Virus record (IMG/VR): IMGVR_UViG_3300042465_000293 | Coordinates: 3,241 to 67,240 of that record | Direction: 5' to 3' (one strand) | DNA from: a virus | Length of the DNA stretch: 64,000 nt | Part shown: positions 9,097 through 17,741 of the stretch, one piece after another | Position numbering within the stretch: the stretch's first letter is position 1 | Layout: each line of letters opens with the position of its first letter | Program-made: the position numbers and the translations under genes | Notes under the pieces: model-generated | Seen by the model: the letters and a program-made list of their open reading frames with translations, nothing else | Database searches by the model: none | Told to the model about the DNA's origin: nothing

Positions 9097-10040
9097 CTCT
9101 GCACCCAAAAGGTTGCGCTGTCAACACGTAAGCCCACACCATCCACGTAGTGACCATCGTCCACCATACTCAGGGCGGCAAGGTTACCCGCGACACCCTC
9201 GGGCAAGTCCTCCATCTTGTATGTCACCACAGGCATGTGTGCTTCGAGGCGTGAACGCTTGTTGGCATCCAGTACCTCGATGACATCACACACCATCTCT
9301 TCGCGGTGTATACGGACATTCACGTAGTAAGCGTGTAGGGCACGACCACGGGCAACCTGATCTTCGTTGTACTTCTCGCGCCACTGCACGATCTTCTCAC
9401 GGAAGTCTTCGGCCAAGAACTCGTAACCCACATCGAGCATGTGAAACAACTCATTGCGTAGGTGCACTGATTCGATCACACTACTACGCGCTTGGTATAG
9501 CTCAGACGATACGCCTTGCACAACCGATGAGAACTTACTACGCACTGCCTCAAAGGACATCGTAGCGCACTCAACTGGCGAGTAGGGGCGCATGTACTTC
9601 TTGACGTTCTTGATGGCGCGTTCGATACCCTCGGCTGTTGCCATGTGATACTGATCGTTGTCGTCACGGAACTTCTCGTTGTTGATCATCCGTGCATACA
9701 CCATGTACTTGCTGTCACCACCCTTGTTAGAGTAGTCACCGTACCCAACCTTCATCATGGCGTAGGCATGCCCATCCATGTACGCATAGAGTTCTTGCAT
9801 CAAGTTTACTGTGCCATGAAAGTTGTACTTCATGCGATTAGCCACACCGAACTTCACATGTCGGTTGACCTTGCGTATCTCGGCACAGAACTGCGCCACC
9901 TCACGCACCACAGGGATGCCATCCACCATGTGCCTCGGCGGGTCATCAGCGTTTATTGTCTCAACACTCTCGGCCATCTTGGTCAAGAGTTGCTTGGTCT
10001 TCTTCTCTATATCATCTACTCGTGTGTGGTCGTAGCTCAT
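9093..10040 (-). CDS. Hypothetical protein
   Basis: 315-aa ORF with GGAGG SD. Confidence 0.8.
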   Translation of the reverse strand: MSYDHTRVDDIEKKTKQLLTKMAESVETINADDPPRHMVDGIPVVREVAQFCAEIRKVNRHVKFGVANRMKYNFHGTVNLMQELYAYMDGHAYAMMKVGYGDYSNKGGDSKYMVYARMINNEKFRDDNDQYHMATAEGIERAIKNVKKYMRPYSPVECATMSFEAVRSKFSSVVQGVSSELYQARSSVIESVHLRNELFHMLDVGYEFLAEDFREKIVQWREKYNEDQVARGRALHAYYVNVRIHREEMVCDVIEVLDANKRSRLEAHMPVVTYKMEDLPEGVAGNLAALSMVDDGHYVDGVGLRVDSATFWVQR

Positions 10041-10041
10041 C

Positions 10042-10977
10042 TCATACCTCCTTCGTTTCGTACATGCCCAATGCTTTGTTCATCAGGCGGTTATAGGATG
10101 CGCGGATTGAACTCAAGTCGTTCTGCGATTCAATCTTGCGCTTGCCATCTATTTCGGCAATGACCAATGCCATGAGCGGGACACGCAGTGGATGCTCGGC
10201 CTCCTCCACGATCTGTCGCACCAATGTGTTTGGTATCTGATTGATGCCACCGTATGTTGAAGCATCTATGCCGTTGTCCTTGCACCATTCATTGATGGTG
10301 TTGCGATACTCGTGCTTACCGTTCCACGTGGTGTCGAGCATGGGTGCCAACGCCGCCGCTTGTATGTAGAACGCTTCGATACGCGCCTTCCATTGCTTCT
10401 TGAGTTCTTTATCCACAGTTGTCACCTCTACCTTGAATGCTTCACCAACACGTGTGAACGTGCCGTCCTCGTTTACTCTGAACTTCAGGCGTCTGCCGTC
10501 ATCCTTCGTAGCTTCTTTACGTGTGTAGTCCCACAGGTAGTGCGTCTTGGGCAGAGGGAAAGTCTCGTACCCTGTCGGTGTCTTGGCGCGTACCCAATGC
10601 TTGCCCTGTTGGTTGTACTGGAACGACACATCGCTCGGCAAGAACCACTGTAAGAACTTAAAGCGTGAGAACGGTACAGAGTTCTTCGTGCCGTTGCGTA
10701 TGTAGATGTAATCGCCATCAGCTTCACGCTTCCACATGATCGGTGCCATGTCTTGTTCGTACTGTGCATCGCCTCGACTGCTGTTGGCGAACATGGTGTT
10801 GCCGTAGTAGCCATCGAGTAGGCAGTAGGTCTCGGCATCCACCTTGCGGATGCGCTCCCACTTGCGGTTACGCTGACCGATAGGGCGGATATTGTCCTCC
10901 GCCTTGTGGTGCTTACTTACCACGGGCTTGGTAGCTTCGTACCATGCCACGACTTGGTTGAATGTATTGAATCTCAT
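10042..10977 (-). CDS. Hypothetical protein
   Basis: Long ORF; start trimmed to ATG 10977 (AAGGAAAACGAAG leader). Confidence 0.8.
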   Translation of the reverse strand: MRFNTFNQVVAWYEATKPVVSKHHKAEDNIRPIGQRNRKWERIRKVDAETYCLLDGYYGNTMFANSSRGDAQYEQDMAPIMWKREADGDYIYIRNGTKNSVPFSRFKFLQWFLPSDVSFQYNQQGKHWVRAKTPTGYETFPLPKTHYLWDYTRKEATKDDGRRLKFRVNEDGTFTRVGEAFKVEVTTVDKELKKQWKARIEAFYIQAAALAPMLDTTWNGKHEYRNTINEWCKDNGIDASTYGGINQIPNTLVRQIVEEAEHPLRVPLMALVIAEIDGKRKIESQNDLSSIRASYNRLMNKALGMYETKEV

Positions 10978-11006
10978 CTTCGTTTTCCTTTTATGGTTTA
11001 GTTTGG

Positions 11007-11204
11007 TTAAGCGCGTCTGTTCCACAGGCGCACTGCTTCGTCACGTGTACGCCCCATGCACTCGATAGGTTTGAGCAACGGCTTGCCCCCATCTTTGCAC
11101 CAGTGCAGTACCGATACAGAGAACACACCCGATGTCGAGTTGCGTTCACGTATTTCTACTTCGTGCCCACCACAGAATGGGCACGGTTTCATCTCATTGC
11201 TCAT
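11007..11204 (-). CDS. Lar-family restriction alleviation zinc-finger protein
   Basis: MKPCPFCGG...EAVRLWNRRA. Confidence 0.75.
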   Translation of the reverse strand: MSNEMKPCPFCGGHEVEIRERNSTSGVFSVSVLHWCKDGGKPLLKPIECMGRTRDEAVRLWNRRA

Positions 11205-12439
11205 GACCAGTCCTCCACGTGTACATACTTGCCCACATCAGGCACAGCATTCTTGTTACCTACGATGCACCACAACACAGGGCATGCCCACTGACCCCAC
11301 GAGCCACCGAGATAGCCGTCAGTCAACACCACCACAGCTTGCGGCTTCACACCATGCGCTGTCATGTACTCAGGCACACACTCCACGGTCGTACCACCAC
11401 CGCCTTCGGGCTTGGTCGAGCCGATGATGTTCTCCACCTCGGCACCCACGTACTTCTCATCAGCGCACACCTCGGTGTCCCAATACAAGAGCCGCACAGT
11501 CTCAGGTCGTACCTGATCACAGATACCCTTGACCTCGCCCAAGAACTTGGACAACTCACGCCCACCGATGGAGCCCGATGTGTCGATGGCAATGACCAAC
11601 TCACCCACCTGTTCGCTCACACCCGATGGCATGTAATAGCCCGATGACACGAACCTACGGTTGGGCCGCCGCCATGTTGAGTAGTCGCTACCCTGACATG
11701 TTGTGGAGATGAACTCACGCAGTGCTTCACGCCAGTCGATCTTGGTCTGCAACAAGTCATCGAACATACGATCACCACCCGAGCCGAGCTTGCCTGCCGC
11801 CAGTGCGCCCTGACGGATTGCTTCGTCAAGATCACGTGCTAACTGTTTACCCTGCTCAGGGGTCATGTCCTGCGCCCCCTCCCAATCGTGATCATCGAGA
11901 CCAGTGCCCGATGTGCCTGTGCCACCCGAGCCATTGCCTTGCCCGTCACCGTCACCACCCGTGCCGTCACCGTCACCTGACCCGGAATCGCCTTGCTCAT
12001 CCTTGAGTAACTTGTACACCTGTGCGCTGTCCATGCCACGGTATTTGGCATCACACAGTCCCACCTTGGGCATGACTGCAAACCCATCGGTGTTGTCATC
12101 GCTCAGCTTGATGTTGATCACGTAGTCGCATGCCATGTTCGCAAGCTGTGGGTTGTCATCGTATAGGTGACGCCACGTTGTGAGGTGACGATACAGTTTG
12201 TGGTAACACTCGTGCAACACGAGGAACCTAAGCTCAGCGTCGGTCAGGGTCTCGATGAACCCACGCCCATACATCTCATCACGCCCGTTGGTACATGCGG
12301 TGCGCACCTTGTCGTCCACGACACGTGAGCCGATCATGAGTACACCCGCCAGTGCTACATACTTGGGCGAGCCCATGATGTCCACCACCGCTTTGCTTAG
12401 TCGTTGTTCCGCAGTCAATTGTTTTCCAATCATTAACAT
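11201..12439 (-). CDS. Metallopeptidase-like + vWA domain protein (DUF2201-like)
   Basis: TACTNG, HECYH zincin motif, ACDYVIN, Gly/Asp linker, MIDAS DTSGS, GGGT, VLTDG. Confidence 0.88.
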   Translation of the reverse strand: MLMIGKQLTAEQRLSKAVVDIMGSPKYVALAGVLMIGSRVVDDKVRTACTNGRDEMYGRGFIETLTDAELRFLVLHECYHKLYRHLTTWRHLYDDNPQLANMACDYVINIKLSDDNTDGFAVMPKVGLCDAKYRGMDSAQVYKLLKDEQGDSGSGDGDGTGGDGDGQGNGSGGTGTSGTGLDDHDWEGAQDMTPEQGKQLARDLDEAIRQGALAAGKLGSGGDRMFDDLLQTKIDWREALREFISTTCQGSDYSTWRRPNRRFVSSGYYMPSGVSEQVGELVIAIDTSGSIGGRELSKFLGEVKGICDQVRPETVRLLYWDTEVCADEKYVGAEVENIIGSTKPEGGGGTTVECVPEYMTAHGVKPQAVVVLTDGYLGGSWGQWACPVLWCIVGNKNAVPDVGKYVHVEDWS

Positions 12440-12449
12440 GTTGTTCTCC

Positions 12450-13544
12450 TTACTTCTTGTCAGCGGCAAACATGTAGTTGTTTGCCATAGCCCATGCCGT
12501 GAACTTCTTGTTGGTCATGACCACAGACTGCTTGGCATACTTGGGGTTGCGCACACCGTTGGCGAACATACCCTGTGCCTCTTTGTCAAGGCGCACCATG
12601 TAGTCCATCCACGCATCAATCCAATCACGGTCGATCACAGACAATGAGCGATACACCACCATACATACAGCCGCCGCGCTGTCAGGCACCTTGGCATTCA
12701 TCGGGTCTTTCTTGATTGATTCGAGCGAGGGCAACTGATCAGCCAACTTCACGAACGCCATCAAGTCCATGGCACCGCGTTCACCGATAGTGCCCATCAG
12801 TAAAGCTGTCATAGTTTGATCGTCTACACCATGGCGGCCCTTGAGCCAATCAGATGCGGCTTCGAGTGAACGAGGCGTGACGAACGCAGTGCGCTGTTGC
12901 TTGGGGTGATAGATGTACGGATTCTGTTCGGGGTCTTTGACATCCTCGAACGAGTGGAACAACTGAGGGTTGTCCTTGCACCATCCAAGCAATGTGTGAT
13001 CGACACCGTTGTTGACACCCCACTCAATCCATTCCATGTTAGACGGCTTACGCGCTGTGACCACAGTCATGCGGTTACGTGCATGGGGAGGGAGCAGGTC
13101 GCCCACACCCTCTGCCCCGAGGTTGGTCGTGGCAAATCTAATAGACTTGTCTGTTAACGTGTAACCACCCATCTTGCCTTCGAGCAAGAGCCTGAGCATG
13201 GCGTTCTTCACGGCAGGGTTGGCCTTGCCGTACTCGTCAACCATGAGGATGATGTCTTTCCCTAAGTGCAGACCGAGTTCTTCGTTGGTCACGTAGCGTA
13301 CGTACCCTTGCTCGTCAATGGTCTGCAACTGAGGGATGGTGATGTCGCCCAAGTCTTTGGTCGTGCAGTCAAAGTAGCACATGATGTGATTCGGCAGTGC
13401 CTTGCCCAAGGTCTTGAGCAGGGATGATTTGCCTGTGCCCATGTGACCTTGCACGAGGATGGTGCGCTTGTTGCCACCGATACGGATGGCAGTCTCGATT
13501 TGGTCGAGGCCGAGAGAGTACATTGCGATTGCTTGATTAGCCAT
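12450..13544 (-). CDS. MoxR-like AAA+ ATPase
   Basis: Walker A GHMGTGKS, Walker B MVDE, ATTN, RNR, TPRS. Confidence 0.88.
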   Translation of the reverse strand: MANQAIAMYSLGLDQIETAIRIGGNKRTILVQGHMGTGKSSLLKTLGKALPNHIMCYFDCTTKDLGDITIPQLQTIDEQGYVRYVTNEELGLHLGKDIILMVDEYGKANPAVKNAMLRLLLEGKMGGYTLTDKSIRFATTNLGAEGVGDLLPPHARNRMTVVTARKPSNMEWIEWGVNNGVDHTLLGWCKDNPQLFHSFEDVKDPEQNPYIYHPKQQRTAFVTPRSLEAASDWLKGRHGVDDQTMTALLMGTIGERGAMDLMAFVKLADQLPSLESIKKDPMNAKVPDSAAAVCMVVYRSLSVIDRDWIDAWMDYMVRLDKEAQGMFANGVRNPKYAKQSVVMTNKKFTAWAMANNYMFAADKK

Positions 13545-13585
13545 GATATTTTCCTGTTGAGGTTTAGGTTAAGTTGTGGTTAGTT

Positions 13586-13602
13586 GTTATACGGTGTATA
13601 AC
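13586..13602. promoter_or_regulatory. Palindromic operator GTTATAC-N3-GTATAAC, copy 1
   Basis: gttatacggtgtataac, intergenic. Confidence 0.75.
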
Positions 13603-13615
13603 TTAGAAGCCGAGC

Positions 13616-14515
13616 TTAGAAGCCCAGTGAGGGCAGGTTGTCGATAGTCTTGCGAACTTCGTTCACCTTGCGTCTTGTCTCTGCACGCAGATACGGGTCT
13701 TCACGCAGAGCATCAGGTGTTATGCCACGCATCGCTTCATCGAGGTCACGCTGTGCGGCAATCATCACGGGGTCGCCTGTCACGTTGCATGCACCGAGCA
13801 ACTCGATGATGTCCGTCACGTTTGACACGAGTGAATCGCGGAACACCTTGCGGGTCATGTCGTCAGCGTAGTCGAGGCGTTCTGACATCTTTGTCAGTGC
13901 ATCGTGCGCTCTGCGCCACACGTCACCCATCGCGGCTTGTAGCTGTGTGGCGTAGTAACCCTCGTACTGAGAACGCAGGGCGTCTTCGGTCTCGTTGCCG
14001 ATGCTCACACGCCAGTCACCCGCATCAGGCAGGGGCATGTAGTTCATCTTGAATCGAAACTTAGAAGTCAAGCTGTCAGCGGATGGATACTCGTCAGCGT
14101 TGAACAAGTCACCGAGCTTGAGTTGGGCATTCTGAATCTCCCACGAGTACGCATCGAGGAACGCTTGCACGAGGCGTTGGTATTCGTTCTGTAACGCTGT
14201 CATTTCGCTGTGATACTTGAAGTATTGTGTTGTTGGCAACAAGCGCAGACCTGTGTCAGACCATGGCATGGTGCATGCGTAGTGCACGTTACGTGCATTG
14301 GCTGTGAACTTCTGCACCGCATCCAATTCGGCACAGTCACCGAGGAGTTTCTTGTGCACGTTGGCCACGCCCTTGTCAGCATGGTTGCTTGTGGTCACAT
14401 CTTGTGAGGCACGTTTGTCGAGCTTGCGCCCTGTCCATGTGCCGATGGATAGTTCAACGAGCATTGCCGCTGTTGAGATGGATGGCACCGCTGTGCCTGT
14501 CATTGAGTTTGTCAT
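13616..14515 (-). CDS. Conserved phage protein next to the AAA/vWA pair (DUF3150-like)
   Basis: MLVELSIGTWTGRKLD, PWSDTGLRLLP, YPSADSL, FRDSLV; context. Confidence 0.7.
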   Translation of the reverse strand: MTNSMTGTAVPSISTAAMLVELSIGTWTGRKLDKRASQDVTTSNHADKGVANVHKKLLGDCAELDAVQKFTANARNVHYACTMPWSDTGLRLLPTTQYFKYHSEMTALQNEYQRLVQAFLDAYSWEIQNAQLKLGDLFNADEYPSADSLTSKFRFKMNYMPLPDAGDWRVSIGNETEDALRSQYEGYYATQLQAAMGDVWRRAHDALTKMSERLDYADDMTRKVFRDSLVSNVTDIIELLGACNVTGDPVMIAAQRDLDEAMRGITPDALREDPYLRAETRRKVNEVRKTIDNLPSLGF

Positions 14516-14535
14516 GTCAGTTTCCTGTTAAGTTT

Positions 14536-14552
14536 GTTATACGGTGTATAAC
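14536..14552. promoter_or_regulatory. Palindromic operator, copy 2
   Basis: gttatacggtgtataac. Confidence 0.75.
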
Positions 14553-14594
14553 CTTGGGGTTAACCGACTGAGCGAATTCCCAGTCGATAAGTCT

Positions 14595-14623
14595 ATTGTA
14601 CCACATGCGGGTATCTAAGTCAA
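14595..14623 (-). promoter_or_regulatory. Sigma70 early promoter TTGACT-17-TACAAT with extended -10
   Basis: Near-consensus; shares gtcaagtgttttgtgatgtttt with the 15179-15207 promoter. Confidence 0.8.
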
Positions 14624-14643
14624 GTGTTTTGTGATGTTTTATA

Positions 14644-14853
14644 TCAGTTTGTACCTTTCTTTGTTGGTATCTCAGACTGCCAAATGCACTCGTTGATGTG
14701 CACCTTGCCTTTGGAATCGGTGTATGTCTCACCGCACCCTGCCGCCCATTCGAGAAGCAAGTAGGCAAAGAACAAGACCATTGCCGCACCGATGATGCCT
14801 TGAACAAGCCAGAGGACTAACGGCTTGATGTAACGTGTCCAAAGATGTTTCAT
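14644..14853 (-). CDS. Small membrane protein
   Basis: Hydrophobic helix followed by EWAAGCGE...NEC. Confidence 0.7.
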   Translation of the reverse strand: MKHLWTRYIKPLVLWLVQGIIGAAMVLFFAYLLLEWAAGCGETYTDSKGKVHINECIWQSEIPTKKGTN

Positions 14854-15089
14854 GTTGTCCTCTTGGGGTTGAGTTGTTTGAGCATGCTTGCATCGGTGAA
14901 CAGCATGTAGTTGGATTTGTTCATGGGGGCAACGGTGTGCTTGACTTGCTTGGCGGCTTTCTCACCGCAGTCGAGGCATGTGGTGTAGCCGATGCGAGAA
15001 CGTGCAGGGGCCACGCGCTGTGCGTAGCAACAGGTGCAAACAAGTTGATGGGCATGGTGTTCTCGGGTTGACTCTCGGGATTCTCTCAT
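14850..15089 (-). CDS. DksA/TraR-like C4 zinc-finger protein
   Basis: CTCC...ARSRIGYTTCLDCG; AGGAG SD. Confidence 0.6.
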   Translation of the reverse strand: MRESRESTREHHAHQLVCTCCYAQRVAPARSRIGYTTCLDCGEKAAKQVKHTVAPMNKSNYMLFTDASMLKQLNPKRTT

Positions 15090-15111
15090 GTGATGTATCT
15101 CCTGATAAGTT

Positions 15112-15128
15112 GTTATACGGGGTATAAC
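15112..15128. promoter_or_regulatory. Palindromic operator, copy 3
   Basis: gttatacggggtataac. Confidence 0.75.
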
Positions 15129-15178
15129 ATTGTTGGTGGTCTTGAACCTTCAAGACGCTTTATCAACCAACAGACTAT

Positions 15179-15207
15179 AGTATACCACGATGAACTGTCT
15201 ATGTCAA
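15179..15207 (-). promoter_or_regulatory. Sigma70 early promoter TTGACA-17-TATACT with extended -10
   Basis: Near-perfect consensus. Confidence 0.85.
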
Positions 15208-15430
15208 GTGTTTTGTGATGTTTTGTGTGTGATTATGCGGAGATGTGTAGTGTTCTTTAGAAAGGTAAATGTTCTTGTAATGTAGCTGTGCAAGTCCTTG
15301 ATGTTCCACAATGTTCTAAAAGTACCGTCAAAAAAGACACACCCCGACCCTTCCCGAACACGTGCCAACTTTTTAAAATCTGAGGGAAAAAAGCTGGCTG
15401 ATCAATTTATACCTTCGGACTCTTTTCCTA

Positions 15431-15727
15431 AAAACGAACATTACAAACAAACTATCTATCTATCTATTATCTTATTATCTAATGCACAAGATATTTTCTT
15501 TTGCCTCTCGGCAGGAGTTATCAAATGCCATCTAATGCAGTTTTATAATGTTCTTACGAAAACGAACATTGCAGGAACATTGCGGAACATTAGGGGGTAA
15601 AAACGAACATTAGGCGTTACAAAAAACATGTTAGCCATTTGAGCAAAACGAACAATGTAAACCCGACTAAAACGAACAATAGAACAATACTTAAAAACGA
15701 ACAATAGAACAAAGCCAAAAGCGAACA
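15431..15727 (+). repeat. Iteron-like AAAACGAACA repeats in an AT-rich non-coding region
   Basis: Exact copies at 15431, 15559, 15600, 15645, 15669, 15694, plus degenerate GAACA copies. Confidence 0.85.
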
Positions 15728-15734
15728 GTCTGCA

Positions 15735-15942
15735 CTCGTCGCCGCTTCAGGAACTGGTTTCGGGTGTTATACCGTGGATAACATGGAATATTTTGGGGTG
15801 CAAAGAATCAAGCGGCAGCTCGTGTGGTGTATCACACAGTGGCTTGTTATGGTGTGGTGATGAGCCAGTGGCTCACGGATCGGGCGCGTAATGCTCGTCG
15901 CCGCTTCAGGAACTGGTTTCAGATGTTATACCGTGTATAACA
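15735..15942. repeat. Two ~49-bp direct repeats (15735-15783, 15894-15942), each ending in an operator (copies 4 and 5)
   Basis: ctcgtcgccgcttcaggaactggtttc-N3-tgttataccgtg(g/t)ataaca twice, period 159 bp. Confidence 0.9.
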
Positions 15943-15958
15943 CCAAAAAATTTAGACG

Positions 15959-15995
15959 AAAAAAAACCCCCGACCAAAAGGTCAGGGGTTGGGGT
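15959..15995 (-). terminator. Rho-independent terminator after 16003-16506
   Basis: aacccctgacc-tttt-ggtcgggggtt plus T tract on the minus strand. Confidence 0.75.
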
Positions 15996-16002
15996 TGATC
16001 AA

Positions 16003-16506
16003 TTACTTGATCAGTGCTGAAGCAGACTTCAGATATTTCACCATCTCAGTGGCTGAGAACGTCACCGCTTCAGCCTTCTCTACTTTGTCAATCCATGCGG
16101 TCAGGTCACGCTTCAGGCGCGTTGCCATGTCGCTGACCTTCTTTGCACCGCGTTCGTCATCGGTCATCATTTCATCTTGCTCAGCCTTGCGAACGTGACT
16201 GGTGACCTTCACCAGCTTTGCACCAGTCTGCTGAACAATCCAACGCTTAGTGACCTTCTCCTCATCGCTCAGCGATGTTGTGGGCTTTGCCATGATAGCT
16301 TGCTCAGTCTTTGTGAAGCTGAGCAAGATCACGTTCTTTTTAAACGCATCGCGGTATTCTTTGTCACCGTCTAATGTCTCCGATGTCACGCCTTCAGCAC
16401 GCAAGGCGTCAGCCGCTTTCAACCAACGCTTCTGGACAGCCGTGTCAGCCTTCAGCGTGTCAACCACAGTAGTGATTGTCTCAGCGGATAATGTAAATGT
16501 AGCCAT
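16003..16506 (-). CDS. Hypothetical early protein, monocistronic
   Basis: 167-aa ORF with its own promoter, AAGGA SD and terminator. Confidence 0.8.
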   Translation of the reverse strand: MATFTLSAETITTVVDTLKADTAVQKRWLKAADALRAEGVTSETLDGDKEYRDAFKKNVILLSFTKTEQAIMAKPTTSLSDEEKVTKRWIVQQTGAKLVKVTSHVRKAEQDEMMTDDERGAKKVSDMATRLKRDLTAWIDKVEKAEAVTFSATEMVKYLKSASALIK

Positions 16507-16574
16507 GATAGTTCCTTTTAGGATTTACCGACTGAGTGCGCTACTTGTGTCCGCATTTCCCAACCGATGACTGA

Positions 16575-16603
16575 ACTTTAACAAAGCATGGTACGTTTGT
16601 CAA
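16575..16603 (-). promoter_or_regulatory. Sigma70 early promoter TTGACA-17-TAAAGT
   Basis: Consensus spacing, extended TG. Confidence 0.75.
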
Positions 16604-16636
16604 GGAATAGGCACGATTAAATAGAATCCGATACTT

Positions 16637-16653
16637 GTTATACCGCGTATAAC
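16637..16653. promoter_or_regulatory. Palindromic operator, copy 6
   Basis: gttataccgcgtataac. Confidence 0.75.
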
Positions 16654-16993
16654 ATCGCACCGAATCGAATTTAGCCCTATGGCTGACCCACCCGTACGCC
16701 ACCCCCCGCTGTATGGTTAAGAGTCCCTGTGGCTGCGTAGGTATGCTATTCCGCGCAAATACCCCCCACCCCCCTTAATTAGACTTGCCATTACTGTATA
16801 TCCATCCAGCTATACAGGAAACACCCCCCATGCAAAAAAGTGGTAACGCCTAAAAAATATACTTTAACTCCACGTAGAGACTACCCCCTATCATGTTTAT
16901 ACATAACACACGGGTACGTCTCCGCGGGTTACATAGGACTACCCCCCATAACATCTTTTAGGATACCTACGTGGCATAAATGCAGAGTCGTAT

Positions 16994-17021
16994 TTGACAC
17001 CACAAGAAAATCAGTTACTAT
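16994..17021 (+). promoter_or_regulatory. Putative promoter of the structural arm TTGACA-16-TACTAT
   Basis: Directly upstream of terS. Confidence 0.6.
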
Positions 17022-17036
17022 TACGCATCGGTCTAC

Positions 17037-17741
17037 ATGGACTTGCGCACAATGACACTTGAACTCATGCCAGAATTTGGGGTAGAGATCATCCCAGACA
17101 TTCCATACCTCGACCTGCGAGAAAGGGCCGAGGCTGCTTGCCGTTCCATTCTCTTATTAGAGGAACATGGGCTGGAGGTGCAAGAACCCAACGAGGAAGA
17201 TGCACAAGCTGCGGCTGTAATCACCACGGCGTACGCCAACAGCCCACACAATACAAGTAATGCAGTGTCAAATGCACGTGCGTCATCCCTGACGCCTGCT
17301 TCACTCCTGAATATTCGGTCGTATCTGGACGAATACGGCAGGGCTGTGGTCACACATGCCATTGAGGTGCGTCACATGGTGACAAACCGGTTGCTGGAAG
17401 AGTCCCAGAACCCTGACCCACGCATCAGAATCCGTGCACTGGAGCTTTTGGGCAAGCACAGCGACGTGGGGCTGTTCACCGACAGGTCAGAAGTGACGAT
17501 TACGCACCAGTCAACGGACGAATTGAAGGCACGGCTGCGTGCCAAGCTCCAAAGGCTCATCCAAAGACCAGATATGCCCACCGATGCGGTGGAGATTGGC
17601 GGGGATGTGATCGACGTGGATGCAGAAATGGGATTGAGCACCCCAAAAACACCCGTCGAAGCGGAAATATCACAAGAAATTGCAGAAAACGTGCAAAAAC
17701 CGGCTTTATATGAGCCGGAAAACGAGAATTTTGATGACTGA
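17037..17741 (+). CDS. Putative terminase small subunit
   Basis: Precedes terL; RIRIRALELLGKHSDVGLFTDRSEVT motif; true start may be 17052. Confidence 0.7.
   Translation: MDLRTMTLELMPEFGVEIIPDIPYLDLRERAEAACRSILLLEEHGLEVQEPNEEDAQAAAVITTAYANSPHNTSNAVSNARASSLTPASLLNIRSYLDEYGRAVVTHAIEVRHMVTNRLLEESQNPDPRIRIRALELLGKHSDVGLFTDRSEVTITHQSTDELKARLRAKLQRLIQRPDMPTDAVEIGGDVIDVDAEMGLSTPKTPVEAEISQEIAENVQKPALYEPENENFDD

Noticed and set aside
15298-15600. 100-aa ORF in the control region
   Set aside because: TTG start, no SD, AT-rich repeat-derived sequence; probably non-coding.
15735-15942. Mini-CRISPR array
   Set aside because: Only two repeats with a ~110-bp spacer and no cas operon; the nuclease at 2421-3101 is an ordinary phage replication-module exonuclease.
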